DNA of 64,000 bases from Eledone cirrhosa (lineage: Eukaryota). The notes beneath the pieces are model-generated. The model was given only the letters and a program-made list of their open reading frames with translations. It ran no database searches and was not told the DNA's origin. The translations under genes and the position numbers were made by a program. This document shows positions 27,501 through 41,974 of the stretch, piece after piece (position 1 is the first letter of the stretch; each line of letters starts with the position of its first letter). Where the stretch lies: the NCBI GenBank assembly GCA_964016885.1, contig OZ024757.1, forward strand, positions 2,976,001-3,040,000. The letters run 5' to 3'.

Positions 27501-30500
27501 GAGACATTCTAACCACATGTCTATAGTATCAGAGCTGTGATCACTCCATTCAGAGATTCTTTCCTGACACGTTCTAACCACATGTCTGTAGTATCAGAGC
27601 TGTGATCTCTCAATTCAGAGATTCTTTCCTGAGACATTCTAACCACATGTCTATAGTATCAGAGCTGTGATCTCTCAATTCAGAGATTCTTTCCTGAGAC
27701 ATTCCCGCCACCAATCTGTAGTATCAGCGTTGTGATCTCTCAATTCAGAGATTCTTTTCTCAGACATTCTAACCACATTTCTATAGCATCAGAGCTGTGA
27801 TCTCTCAATTCAGAGATTCTTTCTTGAGACGTTCTAACCACATGTCTGTAGTATCAGAGCTGTGATCTTTCAATTTAGAGATTCTTTCCTGAGACATTCT
27901 AACCACATGTCTTCAGAATTAGAGCTGTGATCTCTCAATCCAGAGATTCTTTCCTGAGACATTCTTACCACATGTCTGTAGTATCAGAGCTGTGATCTCT
28001 CAATTCAGAGATTCTTTCCTGAGACATTCTAACCGCATGTCTATAGTATCGGAGCTGTGATCTCTCAATCCAGAGATTCTTTCCTGAGACATTCTAACCA
28101 CATGTCTGTAGTATCAGATGTGTGATCTCTCAATTCAGAGATTCTTTCCTGAGACATTCTAACCACATGTCTGTAGTATCAGAGCTGTGATCTCTCAATC
28201 CAGAGATTCTTTCTTGAGACGTTCTAACCACATGTCTGTAGTATCAGAGCTGTGATCTCTCAAATCCGAGATTCTTTCCTGAGACATTCTAACTACATGT
28301 CTGTAGTATCAGAGCTGTGATCTCTCAATTTAGAGATTCTTTCCTGAGACATTCTAACCACATATCTGTAATGTCAGAGCTGTGATCTCTCCATTCAGAG
28401 ATTCATTCCTGACACATTCTAACCGCATGTCTATAGTATCGGAGCTGTGATCTCTCAATCCAGAGATTCTTTCCTGAGACATTCTAACCACATGTCTGTA
28501 GTATCAGATGTGTGATCTCTCAATTCAGAGATTCTTTCCTGAGACATTCTAACCACATGTCTGTAGTATCAGATGTGTGATCTCTCAATTCAGAGATTCT
28601 TTCCTGAGACATTCTAACCACATGTCTGTAGTATCAGAGCTGTGATATCTCAAACTAGAGATTCTTTCCAGAAACATTCTAACCACATGTCTGTAGTATC
28701 AGAGCTGTGATATCCCAATTCAGAGATTCTTTCCTGACACATTCTAACCAGATGTCTGTAGTATCAGAGCTGTGATCTCTCAATCCACAGATTCTTTCCA
28801 GAGACCTTCTATCCACATGACTGTGGTATCAGAGCTGTGATCTCTCCATTCAGAGATTCATTCCTGACACATTCTAACCATATGTCTATAGTATCAGGGC
28901 TGTGATCTCTCCATTCAAAGATTCTTTCCTGACACATTATAACCACATGTCTGTAGTATCAGAGCTGTGATCTCTCAATTCAGAGATTCTTTCCTGAGAC
29001 ATTCTTACCCCATGTCTATAGTATCAGAGCTGTGATCTCTCAATTCAGATATTCTTTCCTGAGACATTCCCGGCACCAATCAGTAGTATCAGCGTTGTGA
29101 TCTCTCAAATCAGAGATTCTTTCCTGAGACATTCTAACCACATGTCTGTAGTATCAGAGCTGTGATCTCTCAATTTAGAGATTCTTTCCTGAGATATTCT
29201 AACCACATGTCTTCAGTATTATAGCTGTGATCTCTCAATCCAGAGATTCTTTCCTGAGATCTTCTAACCCCATATCTATAGTATTAGAGCTGTGATCTCT
29301 CAATTCAAAGATTCTTTCCAGAGATATTCTTACCACATGTCTGTAGTATCAGAGCTGTGATCTCTCAATCCAGAGATTCTTTCTTGAGATGTTCTAACCA
29401 CATGTCTATAGTATCAGATGTGTGATCTCTCAATTCAGAGATTCTTTCCAGAGACATTCTAACCACATGACAATATTATCAGAGCTGTGATCTCTCAATT
29501 CAGAGATTCTTTCCAGAGACATACTAACCACATGTCTGTAGTATCAGAGCTCTGATCTCTCAATTCAGAGTTTCTTTCCTGAGACATTCTAACCACATGT
29601 CTATATTATCAGAGCTGTGATATCTCTATTCAGAGATTCGTTCCTGAGATATTCTAAGCACATGTCTATAGTATCAGAGCTGTGATCTCTCAATTCAGAG
29701 ATTCTTTCCTGAGACAATCTAACCACATGTCTGTAGTATCAGAGGTGTGATCTCTCAATTCAGAGATTCATTCCTGAGACATTCTAACCACATGTCTGTA
29801 GTATCAGAGCTGTGATCTCTCAATCCAGAGATTCTTTCTTGAGACATTCTAACCACATGTCTGTAGTATCAGAGCTGTGATATCTCAATTTAGAGATTCT
29901 TTCCTGAGACATTCTAAGCACATGTCTATAGTATCAGAGCTGTGATCTCTCAATTCAGAAATTCTTTCCTGAGACGTTCTAACCACATATCGGTAGTATC
30001 AGAGCTGTGATCTCTCAAATCCGAGATTCTTTCCTGAGACATTCTAACTACATGTCTGTAGTATCAGAGCTGTGATCTCTAAATTTAGAGATTCTTTCCT
30101 GAGACATTCTAACCACATATCTGTACTGTCAGATCTGTGATATCTCAAACCAGAGATTCTTTCCAGAAACATTCTAACCACATGTCTGTAGTATCAGAGC
30201 TGTGATATCCCAATTCAAAGATTCTTTCCTCAGACATTCTAACCAGATGTCTCTGTAGTATCAGAGCTGTGATCTCTCAATCTACAGATTCTTTCCAGAG
30301 ACCTTCTATCCACATGACTGTGGTATCAGAGCTGTGATCTCTCCATTCAGAGATTCTTTCCTGACACATTCTAACCATATGTCTATAGTATCAGGGCTGT
30401 GATCTCTCCATTCAGAGATTCTTTCCTGACACATTATAACCACATGTCTGTAGTATCAGAGCTGTGATCTCTCAATTCAGAGATTCTTTCCTGAGACATT

Positions 30501-32670
30501 CGTACCCCATGTCTATAGTATCAGAGCTGTGATCTCTCAATTCAGATATTCTTTCCTGAGACATTCCCGGCACCAATCAGTAGTATCAGCGTTGTGATCT
30601 CTCAAATCAGAGATTCTTTCCTGAGACATTCTAACCACATGTCTTCAGTATTAGAGCTGTGATCTCTCAATCCAGAGATTCTTTCCTGAGATCTTCTAAC
30701 CCCATATCTATAGTATTAGAGCTGTGATCTCTCAATTCAAAGATTCTTTCCAGAGATATTCTTACCACATGTCTGTAGTATCAGAGCTGTGATCTCTCAA
30801 TTCAGAGATTCTTTCCTGAGACATTCTAACTGCATGTCTATAGTATCAGATGTGTGATCTCTCAATTCAGAGATTCTTTCCTGAGACATTCTAACCACAT
30901 GTCTGTAGTATCAGAGCTGTGATCTCTCAATCCAGAGATTCTTTCTTGAGATGTCCTAACCACATGTCTGTAGTATCAGAGCTGTGATCTCTCAATTCAG
31001 AGATTCTTTCCAGAGACATTCTAACCACATGACAATATTATCAGAGCTGTGATCTCTCAATTCAGAGATTCTTTCCAGAGACATACTAACCACATGTCTG
31101 TAGTATCAGAGCTCTGATCTCCCAATTCAGAGTTTCTTTCCTGAGACATTCTAACCACATGTCTATATTATCAGAGCTGTGATATCTCTATTCAGAGATT
31201 CGTTCCTGAGATATTCTAAGCACATGTCTATAGTATCAGAGCTGTGATCTCTCAATTCAGAGATTCATTCCTGAGACATTCTAACCACATGTCTGTAGTA
31301 TCAGAGCTGTGATCTCTCAATCCAGAGATTCTTTCTTGAGACATTCTAACCACATGTCTGTAGTATCAGAGCTGTGATATCCCAATTCAAAGATTCTTTC
31401 CACAGACATTCTAACCAGATGTCTGTAGTATCAGAGCTGTGATCTCTCAATCCAGAGATTCTTTCCAGAGACATTCTAACCACATGACTGTGGTATCAGA
31501 ACTGTGATCTCTCAATTCAGAGATTCTTTCCAGAGACATTCTAACCACATGTCTATAGTATCAGAGCTGTGATCACTCCATTCAGAGATTCTTTCCTGAC
31601 ACGTTCTAACCACATGTCTGTAGTATCAGAGCTGTGATCTCTCAATTCAGAGATTCTTTCCTGAGACATTCTAACCACATGTCTATAGTATCAGAGCTGT
31701 GATCTCTCAATTCAGAGATTCTTTCCTGAGACATTCCCGCCACCAATCTGTAGTATCAGCGTTGTGATCTCTCAATTCAGAGATTCTTTTCTCAGACATT
31801 CTAACCACATTTCTATAGCATCAGAGCTGTGATCTCTCAATTCAGAGATTCTTTCCTGAGACGTTCTAACCACATGTCTGTAGTATCAGAGCTGTGATCT
31901 TTCAATTTAGAGACCCTTTCCTGAGACATTCTAACCACATGTCTACAGTATTAGAGCTGTGATCTCTCAATCCAGAGATTCTTTCCTGAGACATTCTTAC
32001 CACATGTCTGTAGTATCAGAGCTGTGATCTCTCAATTCAGAGATTCTTTCCTGAGACATTCTAACCGCATGTCTATAGTATCGGAGCTGTGATCTCTCAA
32101 TCCAGAGATTCTTTCCTGAGACATTCTAACCACATGTCTGTAGTATCAGATGTGTGATCTCTCAATTCAGAGATTCTTTCCTGAGACATTCTAACCACAT
32201 GTCTGTAGTATCAGAGCTGTGATCTCTCAATCCAGAGATTCTTTCTTGAGACGTTCTAACCACATTGTCTGTAGTATCAGAGCTGTGATCTCTCAAATCC
32301 GAGATCCTTTCCTGAGACATTCTAACTACATGTCTGTAGTATCAGAGCTGTGATCTCTCAATTTAGAGATTCTTTCCTGAGACATTCTAACCACATATCT
32401 GTAGTGTCAGATCTGTGATATCTCAAACCAGAGATTCTTTCCAGAAACATTCTAACCCCATGTCTGTAGTATCAGAGCTGTGATATCCCAATTCAGAGAT
32501 TCTTTCCTGACACATTCTAACCAGATGTCTATAGTATCAGAGCTGTGATCTCTCAATCCACAGATTCTTTCCAGAGACCTTCTATCCACATGACTGTGGT
32601 ATCAGAGCTGTGATCTCTCCATTCAGAGATTCATTCATGACACATTCTAACCATATGTCTATAGTATCAG
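24527..32670 (+). repeat. 8128-bp tandem duplication, copy 2
   Basis: Markers at 24714, 26469, 27704, 29069, 30566 and 31736. All spot-checked private variants match copy 1. Confidence 0.95.
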
Positions 32671-33639
32671 GGCTGTGATCTCTCCATTCAGAGATTCTTT
32701 CCTGACACATTATAACCACATGTCTGTAGTATCAGAGCTGTGATCTCTCAATTCAGAGATTCTTTCCTGAGACATTCTTACCCCATGTCTATAGTATCAG
32801 AGCTGTGATCTCTCAATTCAGATATTCTTTCCTGAGACATTCCCGGCACCAATCAGTAGTATCAGCGTTGTGATCTCTCAAATCAGAGATTCTTTCCTGA
32901 GACATTCTAACCACATGTCTGTAGTATCAGAGCTGTGATCTCTCAATTTAGAGATTCTTTCCTGAGATATTCTAACCACATGTCTTCAGTATTAGAGCTG
33001 TGATCTCTCAATCCAGAGATTCTTTCCTGAGATCTTCTAACCCCATATCTATAGTATTAGAGCTGTGATCTCTCAATTCAAAGATTCTTTCCAGAGATAT
33101 TCTTACCACATGTCTGTAGTATCAGAGCTGTGATCTCTCAATCCAGAGATTCTTTCTTGAGATGTTCTAACCACATGTCTATAGTATCAGATGTGTGATC
33201 TCTCAATTCAGAGATTCTTTCCAGAGACATTCTAACCACATGACAATATTATCAGAGCTGTGATCTCTCAATTCAGAGATTCTTTCCAGAGACATACTAA
33301 CCACATGTCTGTAGTATCAGAGCTCTGATCTCTCAATTCAGAGTTTCTTTCCTGAGACATTTTAACCACATGTCTATATTATCAGAGCTGTGATATCTCT
33401 ATTCAGAGATTCGTTCCTGAGATATTCTAAGCACATGTCTATAGTATCAGAGCCGTGATCTCTCAATTCAGAGATTCTTTCCTGAGACAATCTAACCACA
33501 TGTCTGTAGTATCAGAGGTGTGATCTCTCAATTCAGAGATTCATTCCTGAGACATTCTAACCACATGTCTGTAGTATCAGAGCTGTGATCTCTCAATCCA
33601 GAGATTCTTTCTTGAGACATTCTAACCACATGTCTGTAG

Positions 33640-36600
33640 TATCAGAGCTGTGATATCCCAATTCAAAGATTCTTTCCACAGACATTCTAACCAGATGTCT
33701 GTAGTATCAGAGCTGTGATCTCTCAATCCAGAGATTCTTTCCAGAGACATTCTAACCACATGACTGTGGTATCAGAACTGTGATCTCTCAATTCAGAGAT
33801 TCTTTCCAGAGACATTCTAACCACATGTCTATAGTATCAGAGCTGTGATCACTCCATTCAGAGATTCTTTCCTGACACATTCTAACCACATGTCTGTAGT
33901 ATCAGCGTTGTGATCTCTCAATTCAGAGATTCTTTTCTCAGACATTCTAACCACATTTCTATAGCATCAGAGCTGTGATCTCTCAATTCAGAGATTCTTT
34001 CCTGAGACGTTCTAACCACATGTCTGTAGTATCAGAGCTGTGATCTTTCAATTTAGAGATTCTTTCCTGAGACATTCTAAACACATGTCTTCAGTATTAG
34101 AGCTGTGATCTCTCAATCCAGAGATTCTTTCCTGAGACATTCTTACCACATGTCTGTAGTATCAGAGCTGTGATCTCTCAATTCAGAGATTCTTTCCTGA
34201 GACATTCTAACCGCATGTCTATAGTATCGGAGCTGTGATCTCTCAATCCAGAGATTCTTTCCTGAGACATTCTAACCACATGTCTGTAGTATCAGATGTG
34301 TGATCTCTCAATTCAGAGATTCTTTCCTGAGACATTCTAACCACATGTCTGTAGTATCAGAGCTGTGATCTCTCAATCCAGAGATTCTTTCTTGAGACGT
34401 TCTAACCACATGTCTGTAGTATCAGAGCTATGATCTCTCAAATCCGAGATTCTTTCCTGAGACATTCTAACTACATGTCTGTAGTATCAGAGCTGTGATC
34501 TCTCAATTTAGAGATTCTTTCCTGAGACATTCTAACCACATATCTGTAGTGTCAGAGCTGTGATCTCTCCATTCAGAGATTCATTCCTGACACATTCTAA
34601 CCGCATGTCTATAGTATCGGAGCTGTGATCTCTCAATCCAGAGATTCTTTCCTGAGACATTCTAACCACATGTCTGTAGTATCAGATGTGTGATCTCTCA
34701 ATTCAGAGATTCTTTCCTGAGACATTCTAAACACATGTCTGTAGTATCAGATGTGTGATCTCTCAATTCAGAGATTCTTTCCTGAGACATTCTAACCACA
34801 TGTCTGTAGTATCAGAGCTGTGATATCTCAAACCAGAGATTCTTTCCAGAAACATTCTAACCACATGTCTGTAGTATCAGAGCTGTGATATCCCAATTCA
34901 GAGATTCTTTCCTGACACATTCTAACCAGATGTCTGTAGTATCAGAGCTGTGATCTCTCAATCCACAGATTCTTTCCAGAGACCTTCTATCCACATGACT
35001 GTGGTATCAGAGCTGTGATCTCTCCATTCAGAGATTCATTCCTGACACATTCTAACCATATGTCTATAGTATCAGGGCTGTGATCTCTCCATTCAAAGAT
35101 TCTTTCCTGACACATTATAACCACATGTCTGTAGTATCAGAGCTGTGATCTCTCAATTCAGAGATTCTTTCCTGAGACATTCTTACCCCATGTCTATAGT
35201 ATCAGAGCTGTGATCTCTCAATTCAGATATTCTTTCCTGAGACATTCCCGGCACCAATCAGTAGTATCAGCGTTGTGATCTCTCAAATCAGAGATTCTTT
35301 CCTGAGACATTCTAACCACATGTCTGTAGTATCAGAGCTGTGATCTCTCAATTTAGAGATTCTTTCCTGAGATATTCTAACCACATGTCTTCAGTATTAT
35401 AGCTGTGATCTCTCAATCCAGAGATTCTTTCCTGAGATCTTCTAACCCCATATCTATAGTATTAGAGCTGTGATCTCTCAATTCAAAGATTCTTTCCAGA
35501 GATATTCTTACCACATGTCTGTAGTATCAGAGCTGTGATCTCTCAATCCAGAGATTCTTTCTTGAGATGTTCTAACCACATGTCTATAGTATCAGATGTG
35601 TGATCTCTCAATTCAGAGATTCTTTCCAGAGACATTCTAACCACATGACAATATTATCAGAGCTGTGATCTCTCAATTCAGAGATTCTTTCCAGAGACAT
35701 ACTAACCACATGTCTGTAGTATCAGAGCTCTGATCTCTCAATTCAGAGTTTCTTTCCTGAGACATTCTAACCACATGTCTATATTATCAGAGCTGTGATA
35801 TCTCTATTCAGAGATTCGTTCCTGAGATATTCTAAGCACATGTCTATAGTATCAGAGCTGTGATCTCTCAATTCAGAGATTCTTTCCTGAGACAATCTAA
35901 CCACATGTCTGTAGTATCAGAGGTGTGATCTCTCAATTCAGAGATTCATTCCTGAGACATTCTAACCACATGTCTGTAGTATCAGAGCTGTGATATCTCA
36001 ATTTAGAGATTCTTTCCTGAGACATTCTAAGCACATGTCTATAGTATCAGAGCTGTGATCTCTCAATTCAGAAATTCTTTCCTGAGACGTTCTAACCACA
36101 TATCGGTAGTATCAGAGCTGTGATCTCTCAAATCCGAGATTCTTTCCTGAGACATTCTAACTACATGTCTGTAGTATCAGAGCTGTGATCTCTAAATTTA
36201 GAGATTCTTTCCTGAGACATTCTAACCACATATCTGTAGTGTCAGATCTGTGATATCTCAAACCAGAGATTCTTTCCAGAAACATTCTAACCACATGTCT
36301 GTAGTATCAGAGCTGTGATATCCCAATTCAAAGATTCTTTCCTCAGACATTCTAACCAGATGTCTGTAGTATCAGAGCTGTGATCTCTCAATCTACAGAT
36401 TCTTTCCAGAGACCTTCTATCCACATGACTGTGGTATCAGAGCTGTGATCTCTCCATTCAGAGATTCTTTCCTGACACATTCTAACCATATGTCTATAGT
36501 ATCAGGGCTGTGATCTCTCCATTCAGAGATTCTTTCCTGACACATTATAACCACATGTCTGTAGTATCAGAGCTGTGATCTCTCAATTCAGAGATTCTTT

Positions 36601-39600
36601 CCTGAGACATTCGTACCCCATGTCTATAGTATCAGAGCTGTGATCTCTCAATTCAGATATTCTTTCCTGAGACATTCCCGGCACCAATCAGTAGTATCAG
36701 CGTTGTGATCTCTCAAATCAGACATTCTTTCCTGAGACATTCTAACCACATGTCTTCAGTATTAGAGCTGTGATCTCTCAATCCAGAGATTCTTTCCAGA
36801 GATCTTCTAACCCCATATCTATAGTATTAGAGCTGTGATCTCTCAATTCAAAGATTCTTTCCAGAGATATTCTTACCACATGTCTGTAGTATCAGAGCTG
36901 TGATCTCTCAATTCACAGATTCTTTCCTGAGACATTCTAACTGCATGTCTATAGTATCAGATGTGTGATCTCTCAATTCAGAGATTCTTTCCTGAGACAT
37001 TCTAACCACATGTCTGTAGTATCAGAGCTGTGATCTCTCAATCCAGAGATTCTTTCTTGAGATGTTCTAACCACATGTCTGTAGTATCAGAGCTGTGATC
37101 TCTCAATTCAGAGATTCTTTCCAGAGACATTCTAACCACATGACAATATTATCAGAGCTGTGATCTCTCAATTCAGAGATTCTTTCCAGAGACATACTAA
37201 CCACATGTCTGTAGTATCAGAGCTCTGATCTCTCAATTCAGAGTTTCTTTCCTGAGACATTCTAACCACATGTCTATATTATCAGAGCTGTGATATCTCT
37301 ATTCAGAGATTCGTTCCTGAGATATTCTAAGCACATGTCTATAGTATCAGAGCTGTGATCTCTCAATTCAGAGATTCATTCCTGAGACATTCTAACCACA
37401 TGTCTGTAGTATCAGAGCTGTGATCTCTCAATCCAGAGATTCTTTCTTGAGACATTCTAACCACATGTCTGTAGTATCAGAGCTGTGATATCCCAATTCA
37501 AAGATTCTTTCCACAGACATTCTAACCAGATGTCTGTAGTATCAGAGCTGTGATCTCTCAATCCAGAGATTCTTTCCAGAGACATTCTAACCACATGACT
37601 GTGGTATCAGAACTGTGATCTCTCAATTCAGAGATTCTTTCCAGAGACATTCTAACCACATGTCTATAGTATCAGAGCTGTGATCACTCCATTCAGAGAT
37701 TCTTTCCTGACACGTTCTAACCACATGTCTGTAGTATCAGAGCTGTGATCTCTCAATTCAGAGATTCTTTCCTGAGACATTCTAACCACATGTCTATAGT
37801 ATCAGAGCTGTGATCTCTCAATTCAGAGATTCTTTCCTGAGACATTCCCGCCACCAATCTGTAGTATCAGCGTTGTGATCTCTCAATTCAGAGATTCTTT
37901 TCTCAGACATTCTAACCACATTTCTATAGCATCAGAGCTGTGATCTCTCAATTCAGAGATTCTTTCCTGAGACGTTCTAACCACATGTCTGTAGTATCAG
38001 AGCTGTGATCTTTCAATTTAGAGACTCTTTCCTGAGACATTCTAACCACATGTCTACAGTATTAGAGCTGTGATCTCTCAATCCAGAGATTCTTTCCTGA
38101 GACATTCTTACCACATGTCTGTAGTATCAGAGCTGTGATCTGTCAATTCAGAGATTCTTTCCTGAGACATTCTAACCGCATGTCTATAGTATCGGAGCTG
38201 TGATCTCTCAATCCAGAGATTCTTTCCTGAGACATTCTAACCACATGTCTGTAGTATCAGATGTGTGATCTCTCAATTCAGAGATTCTTTCCTGAGACAT
38301 TCTAACCACATGTCTGTAGTATCAGAGCTGTGATCTCTCAATCCAGAGATTCTTTCTTGAGACGTTCTAACCACATGTCTGTAGTATCAGAGCTGTGATC
38401 TCTCAAATCCGAGATCCTTTCCTGAGACATTCTAACTACATGTCTGTAGTATCAGAGCTGTGATCTCTCAATTTAGAGATTCTTTCCTGAGACATTCTAA
38501 CCACATATCTGTAGTGTCAGATCTGTGATATCTCAAACCAGAGATTCTTTCCTGAAACATTCTAACCCCATGTCTGTAGTATCAGAGCTGTGATATCCCA
38601 ATTCAGAGATTCTTTCCTGACACATTCTAACCAGATGTCTGTAGTATCAGAGCTCTGATCTCTCAATCCACAGATTCTTTCCAGAGACCTTCTATCCACA
38701 TGACTGTGGTATCAGAGCTGTGATCTCTCCATTCAGAGATTCATTCATGACACATTCTAACCATATGTCTATAGTATCAGGGCTGTGATCTCTCCATTCA
38801 GAGATTCTTTCCTGACACATTATAACCACATGTCTGTAGTATCAGAGCTGTGATCTCTCAATTCAGAGATTCTTACCTGAGACATTCTTACCCCATGTCT
38901 ATAGTATCAGAGCTGTGATCTCTCAATTCAGATATTCTTTTCTGAGACATTCCCGGCACCAATCAGTAGTATCAGCGTTGTGATCTCTCAAATCAGAGAT
39001 TCTTTCCTGAGACATTCTAACCACATGTCTGTAGTATCAGAGCTGTGATCTCTCAATTTAGAGATTCTTTCCTGAGATATTCTAACCACATGTCTTCAGT
39101 ATTAGAGCTGTGATCTCTCAATCCAGAGATTCTTTCCTGAGATCTTCTAACCCCATATCTATAGTATCAGAGCTGTGATCTCTCAATTCAAAGATTCTTT
39201 CCAGAGATATTCTTACCACATGTCTGTAGTATCAGAGCTGTGATCTCTCAATCCAGAGATTCTTTCTTGAGATGTTCTAACCACATGTCTATAGTATCAG
39301 ATGTGTGATCTCTCAATTCAGAGATTCTTTCCAGAGACATTCTAACCACATGACAATATTATCAGAGCTGTGATCTCTCAATTCAGAGATTCTTTCCAGA
39401 GACATACTAACCACATGTCTGTAGTATCAGAGCTCTGATATCTCTATTCAGAGATTCGTTCCTGAGATATTCTAAGCACATGTCTATAGTATCAGAGCCG
39501 TGATCTCTCAATTCAGAGATTCTTTCCTGAGACAATCTAACCACATGTCTGTAGTATCAGAGGTGTGATCTCTCAATTCAGAGATTCATTCCTGAGACAT

Positions 39601-39900
39601 TCTAACCACATGTCTGTAGTATCAGAGCTGTGATCTCTCAATCCAGAGATTCTTTCTTGAGACATTCTAACCACATGTCTGTAGTATCAGAGCTGTGATA
39701 TCCCAATTCAAAGATTCTTTCCACAGACATTCTAACCAGATGTCTGTAGTATCAGAGCTGTGATCTCTCAATCCAGAGATTCTTTCCAGAGACATTCTAA
39801 CCACATGACTGTGGTATCAGAACTGTGATCTCTCAATTCAGAGATTCTTTCCAGAGACATTCTAACCACATGTCTATAGTATCAGAGCTGTGATCACTCC
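33640..39900 (+). repeat. Older, diverged ~6.1-6.3 kb tandem copy of ~27330-33890
   Basis: Same order of variants. The offset steps 6308, 6178, 6111, 6110, 6045 through whole-monomer losses and absence of the +2/+1 insertions. Confidence 0.8.
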
Positions 39901-41974
39901 ATTCAGAGATTCTTTCCTGACACATTCTAACCACATGTCTGTAGTATCAGAGCTGTGATCTCTCAATTCAGAGATTCTTTCCTGAGACATTCTAACCACA
40001 TGTCTATAGTATCAGAGCTGTGATCTCTCAATTCAGAGATTCTTTCCTGAGACATTCCCGCCACCAATCTGTAGTATCAGCGTTGTGATCTCTCAATTCA
40101 GAGATTCTTTTCTCAGACATTCTAACCACATTTCTATAGCATCAGAGCTGTGATCTCTCAATTCAGAGATTCTTTCCTGAGACGTTCTAACCACATGTCT
40201 GTAGTATCAGAGCTGTGATCTTTCAATTTAGAGATTCTTTCCTGAGACATTCTAACCACATGTCTTCAGTATTAGAGCTGTGATCTCTCAATCCAGAGAT
40301 TCTTTCCTGAGACATTCTAACCACATATCTATAGTATTAGAGCTGTGATCTCTCAATTCAAAGATTCTTTCCAGAGATATTCTTATCACATGTCTGTAGT
40401 ATCAGAGCTGTGATCTCTCAATTCAGAGATTCTTTCCTGAGACATTCTAACCACATGTCTATAGTATCAGAGCTGTGATCTCTCAATTCAGAGATTCTTT
40501 CCTGAGACAATCTAACCACATGTCTGTAGTATCAGAGGCGTGATCTCTCAATTCAGAGATTCATTCCTGAGACATTCTAACCACATGTCTGTAGTATCAG
40601 AGCTGTGGTCTCTCAATCCAGAGATTCTTTCTTGAGACATTCTAACCACATGTCTGTAGTATCCGAGCTGTGATCTCTCAATTCAGAGATTCTTTCCTGC
40701 GACATTCTAACCACATGTCTGTAGTATCAGAGCTGTGATCTCTTAATTCAGAGATTCTTTCCTGAGACGTTCTAACCACATGTCTATAGTATCAGAGCTC
40801 TGATCTCTCAATTCAGAGATTCTTTCCTGAGACATTCTAACCACATGTCTGTAGTATCAGAGCTGTGATCTCTCAATTCAGAGATTCTTTCTTGACACAT
40901 TCTAACCACATGACCATAGTATCAGAGCTGTGATCTCTCCATTCAGAGATTCTTTCCTGACACATTCTAACCACATGTCTGTAGTATCAGAGCTGTGATC
41001 TCTCAATTCAGAGATTCTTTCCTGAGATATTCTAACCACATGTCTGTAGTATCAGAGCTGTGATATCCCAATTCAAAGATTCTTTCCTCAGACATTCTAA
41101 CCAGATGTCTGTAGTATCAGAGCTGTGATCTCTCAATCCAGAGATTCTTTCCAGAGACATTCTAAACACATGACTGTGGTATCAGAGCTGTGATCTCTCA
41201 ATTCAGAGATTCTTTCCAGAGACATTCTAACCACATGTCTATAGTATCAGAGCTGTGATCTCTCCATTCAGAGATTCTTTCCTGACACATACTAACCACA
41301 TGTCTGTAGTATCAGAGCTCTGATCTCTCAATTCAGAGTTTCTTTCCTGAGACATTCTAAACATATGTCTATATTATCAGAGCTGTGATATCTCAATTTA
41401 GAGATTCTTTCCTGAGACATTCTAAGCACATGTCTATAGTATCAGAGCTGTGATCTCTCAATTCAGAAATTCTTTCCTGAGACGTTCTAACCACATATCG
41501 GAAGTATCAGAGCTGTGATCTCTCAAATCCGAGATTCTTTCCTGAGAGATTCTAACTACATGTCTGTAGTATCAGAGCTGTGATCTCTCAATTTAGAGAT
41601 TCTTTCCTGAGACATTCTAACCACATATCTGTAGTGTCAGATCTGTGATATCTCAAACCAGAGATTCTTTCCAGAAACATTCTAACCACATGTCTGTAGT
41701 ATCAGAGCTGTGATATCCCAATTCAAAGATTCTTTCCTCAGACATTCTAACCAGATGTCTGTAGTATCAGAGCTGTGATCTCTCAATCCACAGATTCTTT
41801 CCAGAGACCTTCTATCCACATGACTGTGGTATCAGAGCTGTGATCTCTCCATTCAGAGATTCTTTCCTGACACATTCTAACCATATGTCTATAGTATCAG
41901 GGCTGTGATCTCTCCATTCAGAGATTCTTTCCTGACACATTATAACCACATGTCTGTAGTATCAGAGCTGTGAT

